Source: an uncultured Verrucomicrobiae bacterium (lineage in GTDB: Bacteria; Verrucomicrobiota; Verrucomicrobiia; Limisphaerales; JAFGQR01). Taken from it: a stretch of 64,000 bases of DNA. Position 1 is the first letter of the stretch, and every line of letters begins with the position of its first letter. The position numbers and the translations under genes are program-made. The notes beneath the pieces are model-generated. The model was not told the origin of the DNA. It ran no database searches and worked only from the letters and a program-made list of their open reading frames with translations. The stretch spans positions 14,353-78,352 of the forward strand of contig CAWBHS010000017.1 of NCBI GenBank assembly GCA_963788655.1, written 5' to 3'. This document shows, one piece after another, positions 1 through 10,814 of this stretch.

Positions 1-230
1 ATAACGAAAATGGTGACGGGCACACCAAGATGGGGCGGATTCTCAAGATCATCGATTACACGGATCCGCAAGTGCAGGCCAAGCTGAAGGAGGACGAAAT
101 GCACAAAGCCATCAAAGACGGGGTAGTCAAGAACGGTAAGAAGAAGATGAAGGCCTACGGCGACCAGCTTAGTGATGATGAAATCAAAGGCCTGATCGCC
201 TACATTCACACGTTCAGCAAATCGAAGTAG
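1..230 (+). CDS. class I (c6-like) monoheme cytochrome c, 5' truncated by window edge
   Basis: C-terminal pattern GKKKMKAYGDQLSDDEIKGLIAYI with axial Met; directly upstream of Rieske gene; CxxCH lies outside the window. Confidence 0.75.
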   Translation, partial: NENGDGHTKMGRILKIIDYTDPQVQAKLKEDEMHKAIKDGVVKNGKKKMKAYGDQLSDDEIKGLIAYIHTFSKSK

Positions 231-252
231 GCCCCGAACCCAGGGCAATCAG

Positions 253-753
253 TTGAGCCAACCCGAGGCATCTGCCGGGAATTCCGCCGCGCCTCACGTT
301 GCCGGCAAAGCGACGCGGCGGAGCTTCCTGGATTTTATTCTGGGCCTGACGGTGGTGGCTTGGCTGGGAAGCATTATTTACCCGGTAGTGCGTTACCTCA
401 AACCGCTCCCGCAGGCCGGTCCCACCGGCCCCCGGGAACTCACGGCGGATGAACTCACCAAGCTGAATCAAAAGCAGTTCGTCATTCTGTTGGTGGGCGG
501 CAAACGGGTGATCGTGCTGCAGGATCCTCAGCGTGAAATTCTGGCCTTCAGCGCCAAATGCACCCACGAAGGCTGCACCGTCCAATACCTGCCCAACGAA
601 TCCATCATTTGGTGCCCTTGCCACAACGGAAAATTCGGCATCAACGGACACGTCTTGTCGGGACCGCCTCCGCGTCCCTTGCCCCAATACGCCGTGCAGC
701 GCCAGGAGGACGGGGGCATCATGATCAGCCCGGAAAGTCAGGCGAATGCATAA
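253..753 (+). CDS. qcrA: Rieske 2Fe-2S subunit of a Rieske/cytochrome b complex
   Basis: Tat-like TRRSFL plus TM helix; CTHEGC and CPCHNG boxes. Confidence 0.92.
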   Translation: MSQPEASAGNSAAPHVAGKATRRSFLDFILGLTVVAWLGSIIYPVVRYLKPLPQAGPTGPRELTADELTKLNQKQFVILLVGGKRVIVLQDPQREILAFSAKCTHEGCTVQYLPNESIIWCPCHNGKFGINGHVLSGPPPRPLPQYAVQRQEDGGIMISPESQANA

Positions 754-2134
754 AACCGACCACGCCGAGGGATGGCGGGGATGGCTGGATCGCCGTTACC
801 AGATCACGCCGCTGATCGATTTTCTGCGGCACAAGGAAGTGCCGCTGGGCCACCATTCCCTGGTGTGGTACTACCTGGGCGGGGCGACGATGTTCTTCTT
901 CATGGTGCAAATCGTCACCGGAGCGCTGCTGCTGATGTATTATCAACCCGGGGAAGCGACCGCCCATGAAAGCATCCGTTACCTGACCACCAAAGTGCCG
1001 TTCGGCTGGCTGATGCGGTCGGTGCATTGCTGGAGCGCCCACCTCATGATCGTTTCGCTGGTCACCCACATGTTCAGCACCATGATGCTGAAAGCCTATC
1101 GTCCGCCGCGGGAACTCACGTGGGTTTCCGGTTATCTGTTGTTCGCGCTCACCCTGGGTTTTGGTTTCTCCGGATACTTGCTGCCGTGGAACAAACTGGC
1201 ATTCTTCGCCACCGCCGTTGGAACGGACCTGGTCAAATCGGTGCCTGGCATCGGCAATTGGCTGTTGCAAGTCTTGCGCGGCGGGGAAAACGTGACGATC
1301 AACACCCTCTACCGTTTTTTTGCGATTCACGTGGTCATTCTTCCGCTGGCCTTTGTCGCGATCATCGGCACGCACCTGCTGTTCATTCAACGCCAGGGCA
1401 TGGCGCCTCCCTTGGGTGCCAAAGCCGCGCCGCGGGGCATGAAGTTCTTCCCCAATTTCGCCGGACGCGATGTGTTGCTGTGGCTGGGCTGTTTGATGGT
1501 GTTGCTCATCCTCGCCGTGTTCGTGCCGTACGGGCCGGGGGTTCCGGGCATGGATTGGGAATTGGGCGACAAGGCCGATCCCACCGCACCGGCCTATCCG
1601 GGGATCAAACCCGAGTGGTATTTCCTGTGGACCTACCAGTTGCTCAAGGAATTTCCCCCGCACCTGTTTGGCTTGGAAGGTCCCCAAGTTTGCCTTCTGA
1701 TTGTCAGTCTTCTGCTGGCCATTTGGGCGATCATTCCCTGGCTCGACCGGCGGGCCTACCGGGATCAACCGTCGCCGGCCTTCAGTGATTTCGGCTGGGC
1801 GGCGATTTTATTCCTCACCTTTCTTACTCTGAAGGCGTGGGACATTGGCACGCCGGGAACCGCGGAGGAAACCGCCGCCATCCGGGCGGTGGCCTGGACC
1901 TGTGCCTGGTGGACGCTGGGCGCGGGCGCACTAATTCTCGGCGTTCGGTTGGCGCAAGGGGACCGGTGGTTTTTCCTGACTGCCGCCGCGTTACTACATG
2001 TGTGCTTGCACGGAGTGTTTGGGCTTTCGTACCTTTTGGCGGGCGCCATCGCAGCAGCCGCCGGAGCGGTCGCGATAACGTTTGTTTGCGTCAAGTCCAA
2101 GCGATCCGAAACCGGTACGGAGGGGGCCGCATGA
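746..2134 (+). CDS. qcrB: cytochrome b (unsplit) with extra C-terminal TM helices
   Basis: GWLMRSVHCWSAH, GYLLPW, RFFAIH and KPEWYFL motifs; overlaps Rieske stop. Confidence 0.93.
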   Translation: MHKTDHAEGWRGWLDRRYQITPLIDFLRHKEVPLGHHSLVWYYLGGATMFFFMVQIVTGALLLMYYQPGEATAHESIRYLTTKVPFGWLMRSVHCWSAHLMIVSLVTHMFSTMMLKAYRPPRELTWVSGYLLFALTLGFGFSGYLLPWNKLAFFATAVGTDLVKSVPGIGNWLLQVLRGGENVTINTLYRFFAIHVVILPLAFVAIIGTHLLFIQRQGMAPPLGAKAAPRGMKFFPNFAGRDVLLWLGCLMVLLILAVFVPYGPGVPGMDWELGDKADPTAPAYPGIKPEWYFLWTYQLLKEFPPHLFGLEGPQVCLLIVSLLLAIWAIIPWLDRRAYRDQPSPAFSDFGWAAILFLTFLTLKAWDIGTPGTAEETAAIRAVAWTCAWWTLGAGALILGVRLAQGDRWFFLTAAALLHVCLHGVFGLSYLLAGAIAAAAGAVAITFVCVKSKRSETGTEGAA

Positions 2135-3690
2135 AACCGCTTTTAAAGAATCTCCGCCGAATGCTACTGGCCATCGGCGCTGTGCTGACGGTGGCCGGCC
2201 ACGCGGCATCGTTGCCCCCCGAAGTTCTCACGCTGCTTTCCGCTCAAACCGAAGCGGGCCAGCCAGTCGTCAGTCCGGAACAGCGGACTTACGTGGATGG
2301 CCTGAATGATCACCTCAAGGGCCTGCTGGCCGCGGTCGTGACGAACCAATTGGTCACCAAGCCAAGTCACTTGAGCCACTTGCTGGCGTTGAAGCTGCGA
2401 CCGCAAAAGCTGGAGCTGTTGTTGCAGGATCATTGCCTCCTGTGCCACACCGATCCGGAGGTTCAAACCGCGGCCACCCTGTTTACGTTGACCCCCGGAT
2501 CAAACGCTTCGCCGGCCCATTTGAACCTGAAGGATTTGGTCGAGGACACGCATTTTCGCCGGGGCCTGTCCTGCGCCGGTTGCCACGGCGGTGATCCTAC
2601 GGCCGATTTCGGTCATGATTTTGTAAAGCAGTGGCCGGAGAGTGGCCGCCGCGAGTCCCGCGCCTGGATCCTGGACTTCTGTGCGCGGTGCCATTCCGAT
2701 CCCACGTTCATGAACCGGTTCAACCCCTCGTTGCCCACCGATCAATTGGCGAAGTTCAGAGAAAGTCCGCACGGCCGGACGCTGCTGGAACAGAAAGACA
2801 ACCGGGCACCCACCTGCATCAGTTGCCACGGAGTCCACGGCATTCGCGATGCCAAGAATCCGGACTCCAAGGTGTATGCCCGCAACGTCCCCGCCACCTG
2901 CGGCGCCTGCCACGCCAATCCCAAAACCATGGCGGGATTCAAGCTGCCCGATGGTTCGCCGTTGCCCACCAGCCAGTACGAACAATACCGGAGCAGCGTC
3001 CATGGTCTGGCCTTGTTGCAACGCGGTGACCTGGGAGCGCCGGCGTGCAACGACTGCCATGGCAACCACGCCGCCATGCCGGTGGGGGTGTCCAGTGTGA
3101 GCCAAAGTTGCAGTCTGTGTCATGCCAATAACGCCAGCCTCTTTGACGGCAGCAAACACAAAGTGGCCTTCGAGCAGCACAACTGGCCCCAGTGCGCCCA
3201 ATGCCACGGCAAGCATGCCATCGCCAAAACTCATGATTCCATGCTGGGCACCGGGGAGAAGTCGGTTTGCGTGCAATGCCACGGGGAATACGCCAAAGAC
3301 AACCCGAAGTGCAACGCCACGGCGGACTATTTCTATAACACGGTCACCCAGTTGCAGGACGGCTTGGTCCACTATCAAACCGTCGCTGAGCAATTAGCCG
3401 TTAAGGGACTGGACATTGACCCGATCGACAGCCAATTGAACAAGCTTGAAGACGATCTGCGCAAGTCCCGGTCGTATATCCATTCATTCAGTAGCAACAG
3501 TTTTCAACAAGCCGCTGCGCCCGGAGAAGCCGCCATTACCACCATGGCCGGCGTGGTCAAACAGGCGAAGTCGGAATACCGGTATCGACAGGCCGGTTTG
3601 CTCGCCAGCATTACGCTGATGGGTCTGATGATGATCGCCTTTTACCTGAAGCTCCGCAAAATGGAACGACCGTCCGGCGAACCGAAGTAG
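2131..3690 (+). CDS. membrane-anchored multiheme cytochrome c (9 CxxCH)
   Basis: ATG 2131 overlaps cyt b stop; signal peptide; CLLCH, CAGCH, CARCH, CISCH, CGACH, CNDCH, CSLCH, CAQCH, CVQCH; C-terminal TM. Confidence 0.92.
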   Translation: MKPLLKNLRRMLLAIGAVLTVAGHAASLPPEVLTLLSAQTEAGQPVVSPEQRTYVDGLNDHLKGLLAAVVTNQLVTKPSHLSHLLALKLRPQKLELLLQDHCLLCHTDPEVQTAATLFTLTPGSNASPAHLNLKDLVEDTHFRRGLSCAGCHGGDPTADFGHDFVKQWPESGRRESRAWILDFCARCHSDPTFMNRFNPSLPTDQLAKFRESPHGRTLLEQKDNRAPTCISCHGVHGIRDAKNPDSKVYARNVPATCGACHANPKTMAGFKLPDGSPLPTSQYEQYRSSVHGLALLQRGDLGAPACNDCHGNHAAMPVGVSSVSQSCSLCHANNASLFDGSKHKVAFEQHNWPQCAQCHGKHAIAKTHDSMLGTGEKSVCVQCHGEYAKDNPKCNATADYFYNTVTQLQDGLVHYQTVAEQLAVKGLDIDPIDSQLNKLEDDLRKSRSYIHSFSSNSFQQAAAPGEAAITTMAGVVKQAKSEYRYRQAGLLASITLMGLMMIAFYLKLRKMERPSGEPK

Positions 3691-3749
3691 TCCGAAGCAC
3701 GCTTGGGGTGTGCTTGTTACGTGGTGGTGGTAATCACAATGACGAACCC

Positions 3750-3785
3750 AACGTGCTGCCGGCATCCTGCCGGCAGATCGAACGG
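3750..3785. repeat. REP-like palindrome GTGCTGCCGGCATCCTGCCGGCAGA
   Basis: near-identical inverted copy at ~58808-58845 and related copies at 58700-58875. Confidence 0.8.
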
Positions 3786-3891
3786 GGAAATGCGCTCGGA
3801 ATGGAGAGTGTCAGACAAGCGCGACCCGCACGAGCCTTGCTGCCGACGGAACGCTCCAGCCCGTATTGGTGCTTGCGGACCTTTGCTGTCT

Positions 3892-4889
3892 TCAATTCAT
3901 CACGGTAGGTGAACTTTGCTTCCCGCACTTTGCGATGTAATCGAACAGATCCCCAAACGCCGGGGGAATCGTGCCCTCCTTGAGATAGCTGGCCCAGTTC
4001 AGATCGTGATCCGTTTTGGGGTACGTTCGCACGGAGAGATTGATCTTCCCAGATTCCCGAAAGGCTCGCTGCGCTGCGAGGGCGCCTTCGACGCGGCAGG
4101 CTCCGTCATTCTCGTCGTGGAAAATTGCCAGGGGCACATTCAGTTTGAGCAGGGTTTCATGGGGCGGTGGACTCTCCCATTCCTCGAGCAAATACGCCGA
4201 AGAAAGATTCAGCACGTTGTCCCACAGATAGTCGTCATCGCGGTTCTGCACGGCTTTCAAAATCTCCTCCGCATGCGGCCCGTGGTTCATTTCTGTGGGC
4301 GTAACGATGCGGTCCTGGTTGCGGTCAAGTTGATCGAAGGGCAGAAGGTCCGAAACAATTCTGCCTTTGCGCTTGAGAACCTCGTCGTATTCGGCGCGGG
4401 TCACTGTGCGGTCATTGTCCGCGTCAAAAATTTTGGCAATGTTCCGCCAGGGGCCAACGGTGTTCTGCCACACGATGGTGTCCTTCATCCCGTCCTCGGA
4501 GTAACCAAACATCGCGATGGCAATGATGCCGTCCGGTTCGGCCAAGGCGAGCCGCGGCGCCCAGCGGGTGCCGGCGCTGGCGCCGAGCAGGATGATGCGG
4601 TTGGGGTACACCATGTTTTCAGCACGTTGGAATCCCGCCAGAAATTGGTCGGCGTGCGAACGTCGCGGTCTTGCTGTTGCAGCACGATTTCGTAGGAAAA
4701 CGCGGGCGGCTGCGGCTCGAGCCACCCTGCGTTCGTGGCATAAAAGCGGTCCCAGAACGCCAGGATGTGTGCTGGTGGCTTTTCCGTTACCGACCATGGA
4801 TTCTTGTTCTTTAGAACCAGCCACAGGCTGATCACGACCAGCAGCACGGTGAAACTGGTCCGCGTAACGGTTCGTTTTAATCGGAACAT
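3892..4889 (-). pseudogene. alpha/beta hydrolase with EF-hand-like loops, frameshifted or chimeric
   Basis: GASAG nucleophile elbow, DADNDRTVTRAE and DRNQDRIVTPTE loops, DHDL near C-terminus; N-terminal TM part in another frame. Confidence 0.6.
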
Positions 4890-4964
4890 GGTCACGGTAA
4901 AGGTTTGTTTCTTGAACTGATTGTACGCCGCTACGCTTTCTCGTTGATTAGAAGGCGGTGTTTT

Positions 4965-5096
4965 CCCCTCACCCTAACCCTCTCCCCAAGGAGAGGGAAC
5001 AGCAGGGAAAGCGCTACAAATTCCCGGAATGTGAGATTTGAATTCCACGCGGCGAACTTTTCTCCCTCTCCCTGGGGAGAGGGCCGGGGTGCAGGG
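4965..5096. repeat. inverted pair of CCCTCTCCCnnGGGAGAGGG palindromic repeats
   Basis: cccctcaccctaaccctctccccaaggagaggga and tctccctctccctggggagagggccggggtg. Confidence 0.8.
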
Positions 5097-5137
5097 AAAC
5101 GGATCTTGGACGGCTTTTAACATGGTTGCCCGCGCGT

Positions 5138-8100
5138 TCAGGCCAGTAAGAGTTCCATTACATCGCCTTCCTGCATCGCGATCCCGTCACTCAGGTTGAT
5201 TGTTGCTCGTCCGTCTTTTACGGCCAACGTCGCGGTTACTGGCTTACCGGCCGCAGTCACCGTTACTTGTGTTGGCCGGAAATTCCGCGGGAGTCCGAGT
5301 GCTAATGTCCGCAGACGCAACTTGCCCCACTTCAGGGCGATTTGAGCTTTGAGCTTTGCGGTTTCAAATTGCTGCGCAAACGTCCCCCAGCTCTCGGCGG
5401 TGGTGAAGGCGGCTCGGAAGTGCTCCGGCGTCAGGCGAGGCGCAAAACCCAGATGCCCTTTCGGACCGTGATGCTCGTAACCGCACGCTGCCAGGTAAAC
5501 CCCGTAGGCCGCCATCGAACGCGCGTAATGATCGCCGCATTCGACTTCGTTCCACGGATTGCGGCGGGCCGCATGATACCGGTCGTGGATCGCGCGTGTT
5601 ACGGCCAATCCCTCTTTCACCAAGCCCTCCCAGATCATGTGTCCGGCGGCCTGATACTCGAAGCCGTTCATACACTCGTTGAAATAACCGGCCGCCCAAT
5701 TCGGACCTTTGCCGGCGGCCTTCGCGTAATCCCAGTCGGTGCGCGGGAACGTACACATCAGCAGTCCGGCCTCGCCCGCCATGGCATACCAGCGGCCTGG
5801 TTTATTGACGTTGCGATACGGGCCCACGTCCGGGGTAAAGTTGTAACGCCACAACGATTGCAGGGCTGAACGCGTTTCCTTTTCCGGCAGCACCCGGCCA
5901 AGGCCGACCTGGAAAGCCCAACTCTGCGCATGAGCTTGGTCGATTTCACAACCGGTGCCGGAGTTGATGGCGTCGAGATGCTGAGGGTTGATCTGGTTGA
6001 CGAAGTATTCGCCATCGAACAATTGCTCGACCAGGAGCCGCCGGCCCTTTTCCAGGATCGACGCGCACTGCCGGGCAAACGCTTCATCACCGACCTCATG
6101 CGCCATTTCCTCACCGGCGCGCAGGGCCGATAAGTAAAGCCCGCTCAACCACGCGATGTGCCCCCACCAATCGGCATCCAACGTGTTGTGCTGCGGGCCA
6201 TCCAGCAGGCCGTCGTTTCCAGTGTCTTTAACCATGAGAAACTCGATGGACTTCTTTACGCGCGGCCAAAGTCGGCGCAGAAAAGCGTCGTCGCCGCTCA
6301 TCTGGTGTTCACGGTAGGTGCGCAAAATGCAACCGGACTGGCCGTCCGCCGCCCAATGATTGTTGTGCTCGGCGCGGAACCGAATGCGGCCCGTGTCAGC
6401 ATCGAAGCCCACGCCGTAATCGACCACCTCGCGCAGGCTACGTTCCAGTGGCGGGAAAAGCCGGGCGACGGCGTGCGCATAATGCCAGACGTGCGTGCAG
6501 GTGCCGGCGCAGCAACCCACGCCTTCCCATGCGTAGAAGCGGCCATTGCCGAACCAGTAGCATGTGTTGGTAGCCAGATGCGAAGTCGGCGCCATCGTGC
6601 GGTCGAGGAACCAGTAAGGCAGGGTGGAGTCGTACCAGGTGTCGTGCCACCGGCGCGTTTGCGAGGTCAGCCGGTCAAATTGTTGCGTCACGTAATCCGC
6701 CACCGCCAGCGCATTGGGGAACCGTTGGCCATAGCTGCGACCGTCGTAATCACCGAGACCGCTAAGTTTGATGTTGAGAAAGTGCCACGTGATCGCGAAC
6801 GTGACCGTGGCGGATTGGCCGGCGGCGAGCGACAGTTTTCGGCTGAGCGCGCCTACGAGTTTTTCACCGAAGGATTTGGCGGCGGGCGTGTCGTTGGCGG
6901 CGGGCGTGGAGAAATAGTCGGCGGGGGTCTGCGGATTGGAAAGCGCGGAAGCCACGATAGTTTGGGATTTCAAATCTGAGCGTTGAGATCCCTCTTCCAG
7001 CAACGCCAAACCCATCGTGCCGAAATCCGATTGCTCGTTCAGCACCACGCTGGGCGCGCGTGATTCATCGCTGAACACGATGTCGTCCAGGCCGATGTTG
7101 CCCCAGCCGCCCGAATCATCATCGACCACTTGCAGCCGGGCCGTTTGGCCAGCCCAGCGCCGGACATCCAGACTATGCGGCTGCATTCGGTTGTCATTCT
7201 TGCCGGTGGCACTGAGCACGACTTTATCATCGATCCGCAAGTTGACGCAGGTCTTGCCCTGGTGCGCGCCGCCGCCGATCAGGAAGGTGATGAAGTTGCG
7301 TTCGATGACGAATGGCTTGCTGGTCAGCGTGCCGGTGGCCGAATCCTTGGCGCCCACGTCGCCACCGGGAGCGGTGGCATGTGAGTTGACCGTGCGTTTG
7401 CCGTGGGCGCCCACGTCGCCCTGGTAACCGGGGATCTTCCCGGTTTCAATCGGACCGGCCCCAAACGCCGTTCCGGTGGTGGTCCAACGGTCGTAAGTCG
7501 CGCGTTCAAAATCGTCGAAAACAATGTCCGGCCGTTTCGCCGGAGCCGGCGGCGTGGGCAAAGCTTCGGCACTGCAATCGAGGAAGGCATAGCCGTTGCG
7601 CCGCACAATTCGGTTGCGCCGCTGGCCGGCGGTCACATGTGCCGTGTGCAGGCAAACGGCGTTTTCCAGCCAGCCGGCCAGTTCGGTTTCAACCGGTTGA
7701 TTGCTGGTATTGTGGATCGTGAACCGCATGACCGTGGCGGGCAACGCAGAGTCTTCGGGATTCAACGGAATGAACGGGGAGAAGGCTTCGAGCGATACCT
7801 GAACAGGCGCGCCCGGATCACGATATTCCACGAAACCAATCGGGTATTCGCCGTTGAACGTGATTTCCTTCCAGCCGGTGTGATCCAGCGGGCGGACCTG
7901 CGGTTGGCCGCCAATGGTAGTCTTCAAAGCAAAGCCTTGATCGAGCGGCGAAGCGGGCAGCGGAGGGCTGGCGTAATGTCCGTCACCGGTACCGACGACG
8001 TGATTGAAGATGTCCCAATGCCACAGCTTCCCATCGCCGCCGAGATACAATTGCCCGGCGCAGATTCCGCCAATCGGCATGCCGATTTTTTGCGATTCCG

Positions 8101-8350
8101 GCCAGCGATAGACCGTGCGCGTGCCCCGGGCAAAGAGCGACTTCACCCAGTCGGGATGCAGCTTCTTGTCGGCGGGAACCAGCTTCTCGAAATCGGCTCG
8201 CGTGAATGGTCCAGCCATCGCGGGCAGGTTCGACAGCGCCAGGCCGGTGGCGGCAAGGCCGGTCAATTTGAGAAAGTCGCGGCGAGCCATTTCGGCATGG
8301 CAGTCACTGGACGTGCAACCGCAGGCGGACTTAGAGGCAGGCTTTTGCAT
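5138..8350 (-). CDS. GH116-family glycoside hydrolase, Tat-exported, with inserted carbohydrate-binding-like domain
   Basis: RRDFLK signal; GMPIGGICAG, AWEGVGCCAGTCTHVWHY and NPWNEVECGDHYARSM motifs. Confidence 0.88.
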   Translation of the reverse strand: MQKPASKSACGCTSSDCHAEMARRDFLKLTGLAATGLALSNLPAMAGPFTRADFEKLVPADKKLHPDWVKSLFARGTRTVYRWPESQKIGMPIGGICAGQLYLGGDGKLWHWDIFNHVVGTGDGHYASPPLPASPLDQGFALKTTIGGQPQVRPLDHTGWKEITFNGEYPIGFVEYRDPGAPVQVSLEAFSPFIPLNPEDSALPATVMRFTIHNTSNQPVETELAGWLENAVCLHTAHVTAGQRRNRIVRRNGYAFLDCSAEALPTPPAPAKRPDIVFDDFERATYDRWTTTGTAFGAGPIETGKIPGYQGDVGAHGKRTVNSHATAPGGDVGAKDSATGTLTSKPFVIERNFITFLIGGGAHQGKTCVNLRIDDKVVLSATGKNDNRMQPHSLDVRRWAGQTARLQVVDDDSGGWGNIGLDDIVFSDESRAPSVVLNEQSDFGTMGLALLEEGSQRSDLKSQTIVASALSNPQTPADYFSTPAANDTPAAKSFGEKLVGALSRKLSLAAGQSATVTFAITWHFLNIKLSGLGDYDGRSYGQRFPNALAVADYVTQQFDRLTSQTRRWHDTWYDSTLPYWFLDRTMAPTSHLATNTCYWFGNGRFYAWEGVGCCAGTCTHVWHYAHAVARLFPPLERSLREVVDYGVGFDADTGRIRFRAEHNNHWAADGQSGCILRTYREHQMSGDDAFLRRLWPRVKKSIEFLMVKDTGNDGLLDGPQHNTLDADWWGHIAWLSGLYLSALRAGEEMAHEVGDEAFARQCASILEKGRRLLVEQLFDGEYFVNQINPQHLDAINSGTGCEIDQAHAQSWAFQVGLGRVLPEKETRSALQSLWRYNFTPDVGPYRNVNKPGRWYAMAGEAGLLMCTFPRTDWDYAKAAGKGPNWAAGYFNECMNGFEYQAAGHMIWEGLVKEGLAVTRAIHDRYHAARRNPWNEVECGDHYARSMAAYGVYLAACGYEHHGPKGHLGFAPRLTPEHFRAAFTTAESWGTFAQQFETAKLKAQIALKWGKLRLRTLALGLPRNFRPTQVTVTAAGKPVTATLAVKDGRATINLSDGIAMQEGDVMELLLA

Positions 8351-8715
8351 GGAAATTTTCTAACCGGCAAACGGGCGAATTCCAAGCCTGGAAACAGATC
8401 TCACGCAGGGGTCATTCGGGACTGACCCCTACTCGTCGCGTCAAAAAGAATTTTTTGGCGATAGAATAATTGTGTCTCTTGGCACGAACCTGTAATGGAT
8501 GACCCCTTCTCAACCTACATTCCAAAATACATTCCACAGGAGTAAACGGAAGAAACAGAGGTAGAGCAGCTTCCGTCGATCCAAGCGGGGACAAGAATCT
8601 TTCCCGACCAATCGCCGCAAGTACCTCAGTCTCTGTTCCCTCTGTTTCCACATGTAAACCGAATTCGGTCTTCGGGATCAATGGCCAAGCGGTTCGAGGA
8701 GGCGTAGATTTCTCC

Positions 8716-9846
8716 ATGAAAATTACCTCATTCCTCTTTGATGCATTTCTGAAATGCCCGACCAAATGCTGGCTCCGCGCCAATAACGAAACGTCCAGCG
8801 GCAACCCGTACGCCGAATGGGTTCAGTCGCAAAACGAATCCTTCCGCGCCGCCCAAACCGAGCGATTGCTCGCGGAAATCCCGCCGGACGAGGTGGTCCG
8901 CGCAACCGGTAGCAGCCGAGGTGACGAGGCTCATTATTCAGCGGAACATCTGAAGACTGCCAAATGGCGAATGGCGGTGGACCTCGTCGCGCAAACGCCG
9001 GAAACGCCTCGTAGCAGCCGACGTAAGGAGGCGCGAATTGAAGGCCGAAGCAAGAATGCAAAAGGCGGAAGTGAAGACCAGAGTCTCGTGACCTCGGCGG
9101 CTACGATTTCTCAATCCGCAATCCGCAATCCACAATCCGAAATTGAATCCCGCCTCCACGCCGTCGAGCGCGTGCCCGCTGAAGGCCGGGGTAAGGCGGC
9201 GCAGTTCATTCCCATCCGGTTCAGCTTCTTCAACAAGCTCACCAAGGATGACAAGCTGCTGCTGGACATCGATGCCTTCGTGCTCGCGCAAGCGCTGGGA
9301 CGCGACATCGCCGCCGGCAAGATCATCCACGGCGACGGAAGCTGCGCTCGCGAGAGCGTGGCTGAATCCAATGATCACCCGACGGGGCTAACAGTAGATG
9401 AGAAATCAGCCGCGCTTTCACCAGCGCAGCTACGCCCCACGGTGACCAAGGTGAAAACCGCGGCTCTGGTGGGCGAAGTGCGCAAACGAAAAGCGAAAAC
9501 CGTCGAGTTACTCTCCAACGATGCGCCACCCGATCTCGTGCTGAACCGGCATTGCGGCGAGTGCGAATTCCAGGAGCGCTGCCGCAAGATCGCCATCGAG
9601 AAGGACGACCTCAGCCTGCTGGCCGGCATAAGCGCGAAGGAGCGCCAGAAACTCCGGAGCAAAGGCATCTTCACCGTCACGCAACTCTCGTACACGTTCC
9701 GTCCCCGCCGCCGTCCCAAGCGGATGCGCGACAAACGAGAGAAATATCACCACTCGCTCAAGGCGCTGGCGATTCGGGAGCAGAAGATTGCCGCAAACAA
9801 AAGAAGCCGAACGGTTTCAAGCCAGCCGGGCGCGCGGCGGCTGTAG
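8716..9846 (+). pseudogene. TM0106/RecB-like nuclease-family protein, 3' truncated, with in-frame REP insertions
   Basis: FLKCPTKC N-terminus, LNRHCGECEF..C, GIFTVTQLSYTFRPRRR; family-like sequence ends at LKALAIREQKI. Confidence 0.7.
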
Positions 9847-9856
9847 TTTAGATTTG

Positions 9857-10062
9857 GGCGGCGCGGAAGCGCCACCCTACCAACGTGCGGTAGGGACGCG
9901 CTGCCGCGCGTCCCCATCTTCCCGTCACGCGCGTCGAGCGCGGGACGAAAGAAATTGTGCCGGCGAGAGAGAGCGTTCTGTCGTCCCTGACGGGACTCGT
10001 TCCTTTCTACGATTAATTCCAGCGTTGAAACACTGGGCTATTGTGGTCGCCCTGACGGGCTG
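9857..10062. repeat. cluster of REP-like palindromes (GTAGGG type and GTCCCTGACGGGAC/CCAGCGTTGAAACACTGGGCTATT type)
   Basis: hairpins; second type recurs twice at 20003-20205. Confidence 0.72.
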
Positions 10063-10118
10063 GAAGAATGAGCCTCAATCCGATTCAAGCACAGTCGCCG
10101 GGTGTATTGCCCATCTTT

Positions 10119-10559
10119 TCAAACTGGGAACAACGAGAAACTTAGCCGTCTGGCCGCCTCGCGCATCCGCTTGTCGGTGGACACAACTTCCGTTTCTCCG
10201 GCCACGCGAGCGGTGGCCAGGTGGAGCGCATCGAGAGTGCGGAGCGGAACTGGCTGGGGTGGCTGATAGCATGCAACCAGCACCTGCCCATATTCCCTTT
10301 CCAAATCGGCTCCCAATTCCACCAACCGCAACTCGCCGGCGTTTACGTCCTGTAGCAACTGGGCGTAAAGCATTTGAGCTGTCCCCGCCTGGAGGATGGC
10401 TTCCATTTCCTTGCGCTGGAACGTGGCCCGGGCTTCGTAAAGTGCGATTCTGGAGGTAACGGGCTTGGCGGAAGCGTTCAGGGCGTAGTGTTCAAAGGCG
10501 ATCGAGTCCGCCTCCTGCGCGTAGAGCTTCACCAAAGTGGACGTGTCCCAGTAGCTCAT
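10119..10559 (-). CDS. vapC: VapC-family PIN-domain toxin
   Basis: YWDTSTLVKLY, LRTLDALHLATA, STDKRM. Confidence 0.9.
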   Translation of the reverse strand: MSYWDTSTLVKLYAQEADSIAFEHYALNASAKPVTSRIALYEARATFQRKEMEAILQAGTAQMLYAQLLQDVNAGELRLVELGADLEREYGQVLVACYQPPQPVPLRTLDALHLATARVAGETEVVSTDKRMREAARRLSFSLFPV

Positions 10560-10814
10560 TTAGCAACGATCCGACCGGAGGTCCTCCAGTATCTCCTCGG
10601 TCGTGGGCGAAGTCTTGCCGGTGGCGGTGCTTTCGCGCAACTGTCGTAGCCGCGCCAGCCAAGCCTGTCGATTGGGCATTGGCTCCGGTGGCGGCACCGC
10701 GCTAAGTTTGGCCACGGCGCGGCCCTGGCTGGTGATGACCACTTCTTCGCCTTGCTGCACCAAGTTGACCAGCTTCAACAGGTCAGCCTGGGTTTGTTCT
10801 AACGTCGCCGTCAT
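10560..10814 (-). CDS. Phd/YefM-family antitoxin
   Basis: LVQQGEEVVITSQGRAVAKL; abuts toxin gene. Confidence 0.88.
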   Translation of the reverse strand: MTATLEQTQADLLKLVNLVQQGEEVVITSQGRAVAKLSAVPPPEPMPNRQAWLARLRQLRESTATGKTSPTTEEILEDLRSDRC

